From IMG/VR virus record IMGVR_UViG_3300045988_020170: DNA of 40,706 nucleotides; one strand, written 5' to 3'. Of the stretch, positions 7,771 to 18,017 are shown one piece after another. Position numbers and translations under genes: made by a program. The notes beneath the pieces are model-generated. The model worked only from the letters and a program-made list of their open reading frames with translations, had not been told where the DNA came from and did not search any database. Each line of letters begins with the position of its first letter. Position 1 is the stretch's first letter. The stretch is from a virus.

Positions 7771-8906
7771 TGCTTACTGCTGAACAGATTGCGGTGCTTC
7801 GTGATTATGCCGAAAGACTGACAGACCCTATCAACGATTATCTCATTCGAGACATCGCGGAGCGGATCGCAAAGGCTGGGCAATTTACATCCACTGCTCA
7901 ATATCAGATATGGGCTGCACAGCAGATAGGGCTTAGTCAGGCCGAAATCAAAAAACGCCTGAAAAAGTTGCTTGGTGTCTCGAATGACGAGATCAAAAAG
8001 CTCCTGACACAGAGCGCGGAGGTTGGCTACCGGTTCGACCTAAAAGCGCTTCCGACCGCTGATGCAATACCATTTGCAGAGAATCATGTGTTGCAGGAGA
8101 TCGTGTCTGCGGCAGTGAAGCTGGCACAGGATGACTTCACGAATATCACGCAAACAATCGGCATGGTTGACCCGTACGGGCGGGCGCTCCCGCTGCAACA
8201 GGCATATAGAAACAGCATGGATTTCGCGTTTTCTCAGGTTGCAACCGGCGCGTCGGATTATAACACCGCCGTCAGGCTTGCGGTGAAGAACCTCGCAGAG
8301 AAAGGCATCCAGACGATTGATTATCAGTCAGGCATCCACACAAGCCTTGAAGCGGCCGTGCGGCGTTCTGTGATGGGTGGTCTTGGCTTGATGCAGGAGC
8401 GGATTTCCAGTCAGACACATGACGACCTCGGGGCCAATGGCTGGGAGATCAGTGCCCATGCAGCCAGCGCACCCGACCACGAACCGATTCAGGGCAAGCA
8501 GTATAGCGACGAGGAATATGAAACGCTCAACAACAGCCTTGTCCGCCGCATTGGCACGCTGAACTGCGGCCACGCTGCATTTCCTATTATCCTCGGCGTC
8601 ACGCCTCCGCAATACACGAAGGAAGAACTTGAAAAGTATCGGCTGGACAACGAGCACGGCATCGACTACGCCGGAAAGCACTACACCATGTATGAGGCCA
8701 CCCAGCGGCAACGCCGCTTAGAAGCCTCCATGCGCCGCCAGAAGCGGCGAATCCTTGCGGACGAAGCGACCGGAGATCAGGAGAAAAAGCAGCAGGATCA
8801 AATCAAGCTGCAAGTTCTCAATCAGGAATACCGGAGATTCTCTAAAGCCGCTGGACTTCGGACACAGGATGCGCGAGCGGAAATCTACCGAAAATCAATA
8901 AAGTGA
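7770..8906 (+). CDS. Head morphogenesis / minor capsid protein (Mu F / SPP1 gp7-like)
   Basis: Sits directly after the portal gene. Block HAASAPDHEPIQGKQYS...LNCGHAAFPI resembles the Mu F-type motif. Basic C-terminal tail. Confidence 0.6.
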   Translation: MLTAEQIAVLRDYAERLTDPINDYLIRDIAERIAKAGQFTSTAQYQIWAAQQIGLSQAEIKKRLKKLLGVSNDEIKKLLTQSAEVGYRFDLKALPTADAIPFAENHVLQEIVSAAVKLAQDDFTNITQTIGMVDPYGRALPLQQAYRNSMDFAFSQVATGASDYNTAVRLAVKNLAEKGIQTIDYQSGIHTSLEAAVRRSVMGGLGLMQERISSQTHDDLGANGWEISAHAASAPDHEPIQGKQYSDEEYETLNNSLVRRIGTLNCGHAAFPIILGVTPPQYTKEELEKYRLDNEHGIDYAGKHYTMYEATQRQRRLEASMRRQKRRILADEATGDQEKKQQDQIKLQVLNQEYRRFSKAAGLRTQDARAEIYRKSIK

Positions 8907-8909
8907 TTG

Positions 8910-8934
8910 AAGCACGGGAAGCCGTGCTTTTTTC
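8910..8934 (+). terminator. Rho-independent terminator
   Basis: aagcacgg-gaag-ccgtgctt followed by a T-run, directly after the stop at 8906. Confidence 0.7.
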
Positions 8935-9023
8935 ATACAATTTTGACCGGGATGTCGTAAAACGAACGACCGCGAGGGGGTGCGACCCCCGTTAGAAAAG
9001 CGTAGCGGAGAGAGGAACACACA

Positions 9024-9575
9024 ATGAAACGTGAATTTTTGCAGAATCTCAAGGTTGGCGATCAGGCGCTTCCGAAGGAGATCATTGACGCGATCATGGA
9101 CGAGAATGGCAAAGACATCGAAGCTGCCAAAAAGCCGTTTGCGGACTATGAAGCGATCAAGGAGCGACTGAAAACCGCAGAGGATGGCCTAAAAGCTTTT
9201 GACGGTGTGGATGTGAAAGACCTTCAGGGGAAGATCGACACACTGAAAGGCCAGCTCTCGGACAAAGATAAGGAGTGGCAGGCGAAACTTGACAATATGG
9301 CCTTCGATGGCCGCGTCAAGGACGCGATCACGGCCGCAAAGGGCCGGAATGCAAAAGCCATTTCCGCGCTGCTCGACGTCGAAGCATTGAGAACAAGCAA
9401 AAATCAGGAAGCGGACATCAAAGCGGCGCTGGAAGCCTTGAAGAAGGACAACAGCTATCTCTTTGAGACACAGACGCCCCCTCCGTATAGTAACGGAGCC
9501 GGGAAAAACCCGCCTGCTGGGGAACCGAATGACCTGCGCAGCGCGATGCAGGCGCGTTACGCAAATACGAAATGA
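9024..9575 (+). CDS. Scaffolding protein (GP20-like)
   Basis: 183 aa, helical and charged (KEIIDAIMDENGKDIEAAKKPFADYEAIKERL). Lies immediately upstream of the capsid gene. Confidence 0.7.
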   Translation: MKREFLQNLKVGDQALPKEIIDAIMDENGKDIEAAKKPFADYEAIKERLKTAEDGLKAFDGVDVKDLQGKIDTLKGQLSDKDKEWQAKLDNMAFDGRVKDAITAAKGRNAKAISALLDVEALRTSKNQEADIKAALEALKKDNSYLFETQTPPPYSNGAGKNPPAGEPNDLRSAMQARYANTK

Positions 9576-9592
9576 AAGAAAGGGATTAAATT

Positions 9593-10591
9593 ATGCCTAT
9601 TACTCTCGCAGAAGCAAAGGTCGGCATGGCCGACAAGGTAGATCAGCAGATCATTGACGAATTCCGTAGATCGTCTCTCCTGCTCGACAGAATGACGTTT
9701 GACAATGCCATTTCTCCGGGCACCGGTGGTTCCACGCTGACCTATGGTTACATTCAGCTCAAGACTCCGTCCACTGCCGCCGTCCGTGCGATCAACACCG
9801 AGTACACCGCAGGTGAAGCGAAGCGCGAGGAAAAGACCGCTAAGGCCGTGATCATGGGCGGTTCGTTCCAGGTCGACCGTGTTCTTCAGAACACCTCTGG
9901 CGCTGTTGACGAAATGGCGTTTCAGGCACAGCAGAAGATCAAGGCGACGGCGAACTATTTCCACAACCTCGTCATCAATGGCACGTCCGCATCCAGCGGA
10001 ACCGGCTTTGTGACCGGCACATTTGACGGCCTCCGGAAGCTGCTGAATGGCACCAGCAATGAGTTTACCACCGACATTGACCTGTCGGATTCCTCGAAGC
10101 TGGACAGCAACAGCAACGCCTTTATTGACCAGCTTGACGCGCTTGTTCACGCCATCGACGGCGATGTCTCCATGCTGCTGATGAACGGCGACATGCTGCT
10201 CAAAGTCCGCGCGGCAGCACGTCGAGCAGGCTACTATGAGCGCACGAAGGATGATTTTGGCCGCGTGGTCGAAATGTTCGGCGGCACTCCGCTTGTCGAC
10301 CTCGGCAAGTATTACAACGGCACCGCATCCGTTGACGTTGTCGGTACGTCTGCGCCGACCGCGTCCGCGGCAGGGACGACCAGCATCTACGCTGTGTCCC
10401 TTGCGCTCGATGGATTCCACGGTATTTCCCCGACCGGAACCGGAATCATCAATTCGTATATGCCGGACATGAACGCTCCGGGCGCGGTGAAAACCGGTGA
10501 AGTGGAGCTTGTGGCCGGTGCTGTTCTGAAGAACACCCTGAAAGCGGCGTCTCTGAACGGCATCGTCATGAAGCCTAAGACTGGCGGCTGA
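9593..10591 (+). CDS. Major capsid protein
   Basis: 332 aa directly after the scaffold gene. MPITLAEAKVGMADKVDQQIIDEFRRSSLLLDRMTF is a typical capsid N-terminus. Confidence 0.8.
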   Translation: MPITLAEAKVGMADKVDQQIIDEFRRSSLLLDRMTFDNAISPGTGGSTLTYGYIQLKTPSTAAVRAINTEYTAGEAKREEKTAKAVIMGGSFQVDRVLQNTSGAVDEMAFQAQQKIKATANYFHNLVINGTSASSGTGFVTGTFDGLRKLLNGTSNEFTTDIDLSDSSKLDSNSNAFIDQLDALVHAIDGDVSMLLMNGDMLLKVRAAARRAGYYERTKDDFGRVVEMFGGTPLVDLGKYYNGTASVDVVGTSAPTASAAGTTSIYAVSLALDGFHGISPTGTGIINSYMPDMNAPGAVKTGEVELVAGAVLKNTLKAASLNGIVMKPKTGG

Positions 10592-10608
10592 TAACGGAGG
10601 TGACGCCC

Positions 10609-10974
10609 ATGCCGAACTACGCATTTTACCTGTCTGAATACATGGGCGACGTCGTTGACGAAGAATCGTTCCCCCGGCTGGCTGCTCGCGCTGACGAGCA
10701 GCTTTGCCGGTATGAACGGATCTACACCGTGACGGAGCCAGAAGAAGGGGCACGGGATATGGCAATCTGCGCGATGGTCGATGCGCTATCTGCAATCGAA
10801 ACAATGCTGTCCGGAGACGGCATCGCGGTTTCCTCTGCCAGTATTGGGAGTGTGTCTGTGAGCTATGGATCGCCTACGGCTCTTGGCGTTGACCTGTCCG
10901 AAAAGGGGCAGGATCGGCAGCTATACAAGGCGGCGTCGCGGTATCTGGACATTTACCGAGGTGTGTCATGCTGA
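10609..10974 (+). CDS. Head-tail connector / DNA-packaging adaptor protein
   Basis: Position after the capsid gene. ATG sits 8 nt after ACGGAGG (the track uses GTG 10600). Confidence 0.5.
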   Translation: MPNYAFYLSEYMGDVVDEESFPRLAARADEQLCRYERIYTVTEPEEGARDMAICAMVDALSAIETMLSGDGIAVSSASIGSVSVSYGSPTALGVDLSEKGQDRQLYKAASRYLDIYRGVSC

Positions 10975-11327
10975 GAGTATCAAAGCGTAACCCGGTTGAC
11001 TACCGCCTGTGCAACCAGACTGTCACGGTCTATCACAAGCGTGGGGACGCAGTCACGCGGACTGTGTATGACAGGGCGTTTCTGGACTTCAAGAAAACTG
11101 AAAATGTGGACAAGACCGGCAGCAAAGAAACTAATTCTTTCCTGCTGGTCATTCCATGTTCGGAGCAGTGCGTGTTTCCGGAAGACAAGGTTCTGCTCGG
11201 CGTGGGCGAGGAAGCAACGAAATGGGCGTCTCTGATCCCGACGAAGGTTCCCGGCCTTGTCGTGGTGAAGTACGTTGACCCAAAATACTGGAACGGCCAA
11301 ATGGTTCATGTGGAGGCAGGCGGATGA
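10968..11327 (+). CDS. Head closure / head-tail joining protein
   Basis: Position and size (119 aa); overlapping starts and stops. Confidence 0.4.
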   Translation: MLRVSKRNPVDYRLCNQTVTVYHKRGDAVTRTVYDRAFLDFKKTENVDKTGSKETNSFLLVIPCSEQCVFPEDKVLLGVGEEATKWASLIPTKVPGLVVVKYVDPKYWNGQMVHVEAGG

Positions 11328-11773
11328 GCACACGGGTAAAGGTCGAGATGCAGCCGATCCAACAGATCTTGAAGAATCACGGATTGGATAGCAATGGCCG
11401 GGTGCAGCTCTATGTGACCAACATGATCAGTCGCCGTATGACACGCTATATGCCGTTTCAGTCCGGCGCGCTCGCTACGAAGCTAAAGTTCGTAAAATCT
11501 CCGACCGAGATCGAAGTCAATGCCCCTTATGCTCGGTATCAGTATTACGGGAAAGTGATGGTCAATTCCGTTACTGGAAAAGGCCCAGCTTACATCCCCG
11601 ATGTTGGGTATCGGTACAAGAAAGGAACAGTTCTTCGTGTTACGGATCGGGATTTGGAGTACGACAAGACGAAGAACCCGGACGCTGGCCCATTTTGGGA
11701 TAGGGCGCTTCTCGCCAAAGAGAAAAGCCAGATGATTCAGGAGGTGCAGAGATACATTGACGGCACTGGATAA
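11324..11773 (+). CDS. Minor capsid / tail-completion protein (HK97 gp10-like position)
   Basis: Position. RYMPFQSGALATK...APYARYQYYG. Confidence 0.45.
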   Translation: MSTRVKVEMQPIQQILKNHGLDSNGRVQLYVTNMISRRMTRYMPFQSGALATKLKFVKSPTEIEVNAPYARYQYYGKVMVNSVTGKGPAYIPDVGYRYKKGTVLRVTDRDLEYDKTKNPDAGPFWDRALLAKEKSQMIQEVQRYIDGTG

Positions 11774-12215
11774 AATGAAAAACTGGCTTGCCACGTTCCC
11801 GCAATATGACGCCCTGACGGACTTTCAGATCGACTATACGGATAAGGTACCATCCAATGGCGGTATCTTCCCAAATGGTCTTGTGGAGGTCAGCAGGGCG
11901 TCTGACATTATGGGAAACGTGACGGTCACGAATCAATACAACTTCGGACTGTACTATGTGTTTGAAAAAGCACCCGGAGAAGAAGCGTCCGCAAAGATCA
12001 ACGCGGATTGGGTGTCCGCGCTCCAAGAGTGGGTGCAGGAACAGTCTGTGATACGGAAGGCACCGGTATTCGGCGACGTTCCGTGTGAGGAAAAAATCAC
12101 CGCGCAGAACGGGATGCTCTACGCGGCAGACGAGGAAGGGACTGCAACCTATATGGTGCAGATCTCCGTGCAATTTATAAAAGAATATGAGGTGAAAAAC
12201 GAATGGCAGACATGA
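11757..12215 (+). CDS. Tail terminator / minor capsid-family protein
   Basis: Position immediately upstream of the major tail gene. Confidence 0.4.
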   Translation: MTALDKMKNWLATFPQYDALTDFQIDYTDKVPSNGGIFPNGLVEVSRASDIMGNVTVTNQYNFGLYYVFEKAPGEEASAKINADWVSALQEWVQEQSVIRKAPVFGDVPCEEKITAQNGMLYAADEEGTATYMVQISVQFIKEYEVKNEWQT

Positions 12216-12718
12216 CTTTTCTGACTGATTCCGGCGCGACCATTGAGAGAAAAATGATGATTGCGTACCTGAACACCGGCGAAACCAGCACTCCGGTATG
12301 GTCTGCGATTGGCAAGCGCGTCGAGGACAGCTCCGTTGAATACGATTGGCAGGACGAATCCAAGAATGACATTCTTGGCAACACCTATTCGACGATGAAA
12401 ACGCCGATCATGACGCAGACTTTTGATCCGTGCGAATTGGACGCGGGTGACGCGGCGCAGCTCAAAATCTGGAACCTTGCGGTCAAGGAGCAGAACGCGG
12501 CGAAGCTGTGTAACCTCGATATGCTCATCGTGCATACATACGCTGGCACGTCCGGCAAGGTATTTGCGGAGCGTTATTCGAGCTGCATGGTGAAGCCGTC
12601 CGGTCTTGGCGGCAGCTCCACGATTGGCATGCCAATCGACGTTACATACGGCGGTACGCGCACAACCGGCACGGCGACCGTTTCTGCTGGCGTGGTCACA
12701 TTCACGGCAGACACTTAA
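12203..12718 (+). CDS. Major tail protein
   Basis: 171 aa, followed by a strong terminator and then the chaperone genes and tape measure. Confidence 0.7.
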   Translation: MADMTFLTDSGATIERKMMIAYLNTGETSTPVWSAIGKRVEDSSVEYDWQDESKNDILGNTYSTMKTPIMTQTFDPCELDAGDAAQLKIWNLAVKEQNAAKLCNLDMLIVHTYAGTSGKVFAERYSSCMVKPSGLGGSSTIGMPIDVTYGGTRTTGTATVSAGVVTFTADT

Positions 12719-12721
12719 TAA

Positions 12722-12749
12722 AGGGGGCGCAATGCCCCCTATTTTATTT
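12722..12749 (+). terminator. Rho-independent terminator after the major tail gene
   Basis: agggggc-gcaat-gccccct followed by attttattt. Confidence 0.8.
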
Positions 12750-12759
12750 GGAGGAAACT

Positions 12760-13185
12760 ATGGAAAACCTGAATTTTGACAATGGCTTAAAGACATACTG
12801 CGTAAACGGCGTCCGGGAGATCACGTTCAATCCGACCGACAGTGCATTTGTCGAAAAGCTATTTAATGCGTTTGACACGCTGGATAAGAAACAGTCGGAG
12901 TATGAGCACGAAGCCAGCGCGGCGAAGGGCGCAGAGCTTTTCCAAATCGCAAGAAAACGCGATGCGGAGATGCGCGAAACGATTGATCAGATTTTCGGTG
13001 AGAATTTCTGTAAGGATGTATTTGGAGACTGCAATGTTTATGCGTTTGCGGGTGGCTGTCCGATCTGGTGCAACTTCATTTTGAGCGTGATTGAAACGGT
13101 CGACAATGCGTCCGAGAAAGAGTATGCTACGACAAACCCGCGTCTGCAAAAATACATGGGCAAGTATCAGAAATATAACCGATGA
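12760..13185 (+). CDS. Tail assembly chaperone (gpG position)
   Basis: ATG after GGAGG (the track uses TTG 12748). Lies between the major tail and tape measure genes. Confidence 0.55.
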   Translation: MENLNFDNGLKTYCVNGVREITFNPTDSAFVEKLFNAFDTLDKKQSEYEHEASAAKGAELFQIARKRDAEMRETIDQIFGENFCKDVFGDCNVYAFAGGCPIWCNFILSVIETVDNASEKEYATTNPRLQKYMGKYQKYNR

Positions 13186-13757
13186 ATTACACCCTTCCGA
13201 CATCCGTTGAGATTGACGGCACTTCATACGAAATCAGAACGGATTTCCGTGTGATTTTCGATATTTGCTCTGTCTTGGATGACCGTGAACTCAGCGATTA
13301 TGAAAAAAAGGTCTGCATTGTCGAGATGTTCTATCCAGACCTTCAAGGGAAGTATCCAGCAATCGAGGATCTTGTTGAACGCTGCTTCTGGTTTATTCGA
13401 TGTGGTGAGCCGGTAGACAAGCAGAAAAAGCCAAAACTGGTTGACTGGGAGCAGGATTTTCCTTACATCACATCGTCGGTGAACCGCGTGCTTGGAACGG
13501 ATATTCGCGGGATTCCATACGACGCAGAACACAACACCGGAGGACTGCATTGGTGGACGTTTATTTCTGCCTATAACGAAATCGGCTCTGAGTGTACTTT
13601 CGCTCAAATCGTCAGAATACGCGATAAAAAGGCGCGTGGAAAGAAGCTCGATAAAGAGGATGCGGAATGGTACCGCAAAAACCAAGAACTAGTTGATTTT
13701 AGGAAGGTTTATTCCGATGCGGAGAAAGATTTCCTGAAACAGTGGGGCGCAGGGTAA
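13182..13757 (+). CDS. Gp15-family tail assembly protein
   Basis: LPTSVEIDGTSYEIRTDFRVIFDICSVLDDRELSDYEK resembles the Phage_Gp15 N-terminus. ATGA overlap with the preceding gene. Confidence 0.55.
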   Translation: MNYTLPTSVEIDGTSYEIRTDFRVIFDICSVLDDRELSDYEKKVCIVEMFYPDLQGKYPAIEDLVERCFWFIRCGEPVDKQKKPKLVDWEQDFPYITSSVNRVLGTDIRGIPYDAEHNTGGLHWWTFISAYNEIGSECTFAQIVRIRDKKARGKKLDKEDAEWYRKNQELVDFRKVYSDAEKDFLKQWGAG

Positions 13758-13778
13758 TAGCAGAGAGCAGGTGAACAC

Positions 13779-15992
13779 ATGACAGATGGAACAATCACAT
13801 TCAGCACGGCACTTGACAATAAGCAGCTCGAAAAGGAACTCCAAAGCACCTTAAAGAAGATCAATTCCCTCGAAAAGAGTATTTCTGAGATGGGCAGCGG
13901 CAGAAATGCGCTGGCAGAACAGGCAAAGGAGATGGGCGCACAGCTCGACGCCGCAAAACAAAAGCTCTATGAGATGCAGAGTGCTGCGAAGGGTGTTTAT
14001 AGCAAAGAAACAATCGCAGACCAGAAAACGCTTGTGAGCGGCTTGCAGTCTGAATGGAATAAAATAAACAGCCGTGTAGACAGCTATGATCAGAAAATCA
14101 AAAATGCCACGGCGAGCCTTGCCGATGAAAAGGAGCATTATGGCGAGATTTCAGAGCAGATCGATAAGGCCAATGGGAAAAGCACAAAAATGCAGGATTC
14201 TGTTGAACGAGTTGGGGCAAGCGTGGAGAAAATCGGGAATCGAATCAAGAACCTATTTAGACGGGTATTTCTCTTTTCTGTTCTGACTTCTGCGTTCCGC
14301 TCATTTAGAACGTGGCTCGGGAATGTCATCCAGAGCAATAGCGAGGCGGCAGCATCTATCGCACAGCTCAAAGGTGCTCTTCTAACCCTTGCGCAGCCAA
14401 TCGTCGAAATCATTATTCCGGCCTTTACTGCCCTTGTAAATATCGTGACAAAGGTCGTGACGGCTCTGGCGACGCTTGTTTCATGGATTTTCGGAAAGAC
14501 CATTTCGCAGTCCAAAGAAGCGGCGAAAAATCTCAACAAGGAGACAAAGGCACTCGGCGGCGTAGGCGCGGCGGCCAACGAAGCAAAGAAGCAGCTTGCG
14601 GCATTTGACGAGATCAATCAGCTCGTTCAGGAAACGTCATCCGGCGGCGGTGGCGGTGGAAGCTCTACGGATGCCAGCTTTGATTTCGATGAAACATCTT
14701 TCCTGAAGAATCTCCCGAACTGGCTGAAAAACCTCGCTGCGGATTTGCAGATCAAAATCAAAAACCTCAAATTCGATTGGGACAGAGGAAACATCCTGCA
14801 CAATAAAGATGCGTGGATCATTGCACTCTCTGGTATTCTCGGCGCGGTTCTTGGCGGTATGTTTGGAGGCCTGCACGGAGCTGTCATTGGTCTGCTTCTT
14901 GGCGCTGCAATCGGCCTGATTGGGTGTACGCTGCTGGACAAGACAAGCAATCCGGAGAAATATAAACGGCTTGCCATTGTTGCACTGACATCAATTCTGG
15001 GTGCTGTGCTCGGTGCGAAGTTCGGCGGTCTGAAGGGTGCGATGCTCGGCCTTTTGCTCGGATTAAGCATCGGCCTTGTTTCCCTTGATTTTATAGACGG
15101 CAAATTTGAGGGATGGAATAGTCAGGACACATTCTTGACTGTAATGACCGCAATCCTCGGAGCCGTTATTGGATCGATCTTTGGCGGGTTTGCCGGGGGT
15201 GTTATCGGACTTGTGGTCGGAGCTGCAATCAGCATTAAGGCCCTCAACTGGATTAGAAAGCTCGACAATCCAAGCAACGACAAAATTTTGTTTACAACAG
15301 CTGTTCTTGCACTTCTTGGATTCGTTATCGGTACGATCTTCGGTGGATTTGTTGGTGGCGTGATTGGCCTCGTGGTTGGACTTGGCATTTCAATCGCTGC
15401 TGTTCAGTTTGACAATTCTATCGATGGTTCTGCGAAGACAAAAGCGGCAGCCATCTTGAAAACGGTAATGCTCGGCATCATCGGAGCTTTGATCGGCGCA
15501 GCGATCGGCGGTGTTGTTGGTGGAATCGTTGGCGGCGTCGTCGGCATCACGCTTGGCCTTGCCATTCACTGGGGCGACATCACAACAGACAGCGTCCCAA
15601 CGCGCGGCGGATTTTACGCAAAGAGAGGGAAAACTTCTGCAATCTCAAAACCGGGTTCTGGATTTGGCGGCGGAGGAGTTAGTGCGAAATCTTCGAGTTT
15701 GCGCGTCCCGGCTCTTGCACAGGGCGCGGTAATCCCGCCAAACCGGGAATTTATGGCTGTTCTGGGCGACCAGACGAGTGGGAACAACATTGAGGCACCG
15801 GAAAACCTGATCCGTCAGATCGTCAGGGAGGAAACGCAGACGAGCGCCAGCAATGAATTGCTTCGGGAAATTCTCTCGGCGATTCGTGAGGGCAAGGTTA
15901 TGATGGTCGATAGTGTCCAGTTCGCGAAGGTCACGCAGCGAAGCCTTTCCAATGCGTCCAGAGCGTCCGGGACGCCGCTGACAGTGAGGTGA
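13779..15992 (+). CDS. Tape measure protein
   Basis: 737 aa. Coiled-coil N-terminus, five glycine-zipper hydrophobic repeats, canonical position. Confidence 0.85.
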   Translation: MTDGTITFSTALDNKQLEKELQSTLKKINSLEKSISEMGSGRNALAEQAKEMGAQLDAAKQKLYEMQSAAKGVYSKETIADQKTLVSGLQSEWNKINSRVDSYDQKIKNATASLADEKEHYGEISEQIDKANGKSTKMQDSVERVGASVEKIGNRIKNLFRRVFLFSVLTSAFRSFRTWLGNVIQSNSEAAASIAQLKGALLTLAQPIVEIIIPAFTALVNIVTKVVTALATLVSWIFGKTISQSKEAAKNLNKETKALGGVGAAANEAKKQLAAFDEINQLVQETSSGGGGGGSSTDASFDFDETSFLKNLPNWLKNLAADLQIKIKNLKFDWDRGNILHNKDAWIIALSGILGAVLGGMFGGLHGAVIGLLLGAAIGLIGCTLLDKTSNPEKYKRLAIVALTSILGAVLGAKFGGLKGAMLGLLLGLSIGLVSLDFIDGKFEGWNSQDTFLTVMTAILGAVIGSIFGGFAGGVIGLVVGAAISIKALNWIRKLDNPSNDKILFTTAVLALLGFVIGTIFGGFVGGVIGLVVGLGISIAAVQFDNSIDGSAKTKAAAILKTVMLGIIGALIGAAIGGVVGGIVGGVVGITLGLAIHWGDITTDSVPTRGGFYAKRGKTSAISKPGSGFGGGGVSAKSSSLRVPALAQGAVIPPNREFMAVLGDQTSGNNIEAPENLIRQIVREETQTSASNELLREILSAIREGKVMMVDSVQFAKVTQRSLSNASRASGTPLTVR

Positions 15993-15995
15993 CGC

Positions 15996-16361
15996 ATGGT
16001 AGCAGTATTCAAAATTGACGGGAAGGACTTTACCGACATCCTCCCGGAAGGGGCTTTGAAATGGTCTAGGAACGACCTAGATAGCGACCAGACCGGGCGA
16101 ACGCTCGACGGCATTATGCACCGGACGCGAATTGCAATCAAAGCGAAGCTCTTAATCACGACAAAACGGCTGACAACGCAAAAGCTCATGGAGCTGAACG
16201 CTGCGTTGAAGCCGTCTTTTATTTCCGTAACATATCTTGACCCCATCGACGGGATCGTGACAAAGAAATTTTACGGCTCGTCCGTGGAGAGCACGACGCA
16301 GATCGTCATGGGCGGAGAAACGTATTGGACTGGTACGACATTCAATCTCATTGAACAGTAG
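15996..16361 (+). CDS. Tail structural protein (distal-tail position)
   Basis: First gene after the tape measure; 121 aa. Confidence 0.4.
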   Translation: MVAVFKIDGKDFTDILPEGALKWSRNDLDSDQTGRTLDGIMHRTRIAIKAKLLITTKRLTTQKLMELNAALKPSFISVTYLDPIDGIVTKKFYGSSVESTTQIVMGGETYWTGTTFNLIEQ

Positions 16362-16369
16362 GTGATGTA

Positions 16370-18010
16370 ATGCAGACAGTTCCGGCAAAATGGAATGACA
16401 TCCTTGCGGGAGACTATCAGGTTGACTTCAAGGCGGTCATAAACGGAAAAACCTATACATACGGCGAGATCAAATCTGCGCGGATCACCAAATCCATGAT
16501 GGATAAGCTGACCATCGGACAGGCTACTTCGGCGATGCTGGATATGGTCTTCGAACCAAACGGTACGATCCCAACAGCCGCGGAGATCAAGTGCTATATC
16601 CGGCTGGCGAATTACGACCCAACGATCATCATTACGGACGAGTTCTCCAATATTATTCAGACGGATGACGGCTATGTCCTTGCGGAGAGCTATTCCCAAT
16701 ATTCAGACTGGCTCCCGTTCGGGACGTTCTACATCGACACGCGCTCTACGGATGCTTCCGGCTGGATGACTATTACGGCCTACGACCGGATGCTCGCAGC
16801 GGAGAGGGAGTTCCCTTCATCCGCTGGCTCCATGACGATGAGCGCAGCTGTGACCCACATTGCAAATCAGCTGGGAATCACAGTGGACAGTCGAAATTCA
16901 ATTGCACCGTATAGCATCGATAGCCCAGTCGGGGTCTACACGATGCGTGAAGTGCTTTGCGGCATTGCGGCGGCGTCCGGTGGGAACTTCATTATCACGG
17001 AGAACAATAAACTCCGGCTGATTTCTCTTGGATCTCCGTCCACTACAGATGATGTCCCGGTGATGTCCTGCGACGTCCTCGGCGATGCAGTCACCATCAG
17101 GAAAGTCACGCTTTATCCGGATTCCGATACGCAGTATTCCTCAGGCTCTTCCGGGTATGAGATTCAGGCGGATTGCATCTACGCAACTCAAACGATATGT
17201 GATTATGTCAAGAATCGTTTGAACGGCGTCACATACCTCCCTTACAGCGCTGGGACGGCGTTCTTCAACCCTGCGTTAGAATTGGGGGACAGCATCAAAC
17301 CGAACGGAAAAGCCTCTGTGCTGGCCTCTGCGGCCTTTACAGTGGGTGTTTCCATGAGCGCGGATATCGATGCGCCGATTGATACGGAGATCAACCATGA
17401 ATATCCGTATCAGACGAGGACGAGGGAGGAACGTCGGACGGCACAGTCCTTTTCTGAAATCAAGAAGACCACGGAACAGATTGCTCTTTCTGTCCAGGGC
17501 AAGGTAGACAGCACACGGGTTCAGTCAGCAATCGATTTGAACCTCAACTCCCTGTCACTGAGCTATTCTGCTGGTACGAACGGTGCATCCATTACGCTCT
17601 CAAAAAACGGCGTAAGCATCACAGGGGATGTCAAGATCGGCTCTATCGATGCGAGTCAGATTCAGGTTACCAACCTGAACGCCTCGAACATTACAACCGG
17701 CTATCTGTACGGCATGGATATCGTCGGCTGTACCCTGAGAGCAACCGCCGGAGGTTATGACTACGCGCAGGTTTCCAGCGATGGAATGAGAATCTATACC
17801 GGAAGTGGGTTGAAAGCGGTACTCGGCATAAACAGCTCCTACCCTGCTCTGATTCTCGGCGATACGTCATCCGCTTATGTGGAAAAGCTCTATCGAGGCA
17901 ACGGACATGAAATGTGGATTGGCGACGGCGGCATGGGGACTGGCCTTTTAATCAACTTTACGAATGGAACGGTAAAGGTGGTTAAAAATGGCGCTCAAAC
18001 GAACTTGTGA
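16370..18010 (+). CDS. Tail-tip / tail-associated protein
   Basis: 546 aa, second gene after the tape measure. Confidence 0.5.
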   Translation: MQTVPAKWNDILAGDYQVDFKAVINGKTYTYGEIKSARITKSMMDKLTIGQATSAMLDMVFEPNGTIPTAAEIKCYIRLANYDPTIIITDEFSNIIQTDDGYVLAESYSQYSDWLPFGTFYIDTRSTDASGWMTITAYDRMLAAEREFPSSAGSMTMSAAVTHIANQLGITVDSRNSIAPYSIDSPVGVYTMREVLCGIAAASGGNFIITENNKLRLISLGSPSTTDDVPVMSCDVLGDAVTIRKVTLYPDSDTQYSSGSSGYEIQADCIYATQTICDYVKNRLNGVTYLPYSAGTAFFNPALELGDSIKPNGKASVLASAAFTVGVSMSADIDAPIDTEINHEYPYQTRTREERRTAQSFSEIKKTTEQIALSVQGKVDSTRVQSAIDLNLNSLSLSYSAGTNGASITLSKNGVSITGDVKIGSIDASQIQVTNLNASNITTGYLYGMDIVGCTLRATAGGYDYAQVSSDGMRIYTGSGLKAVLGINSSYPALILGDTSSAYVEKLYRGNGHEMWIGDGGMGTGLLINFTNGTVKVVKNGAQTNL

Positions 18011-18017
18011 GGTGCTT

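Noticed and set aside
9557-10804. 415-aa minus-strand ORF
   Set aside because: Antisense to the well-supported scaffold, capsid and connector genes. Arg/Gly/Ala-rich composition is typical of shadow ORFs in GC-rich coding DNA. No RBS or partner genes.
13140-13190. Programmed -1 frameshift joining the two tail chaperone ORFs
   Set aside because: I found no X-XXY-YYZ slippery heptamer near the end of 12760..13185. The downstream ORF has its own ATG in an ATGA overlap, so they are treated as separate genes. A search of homologs would be needed to be sure.
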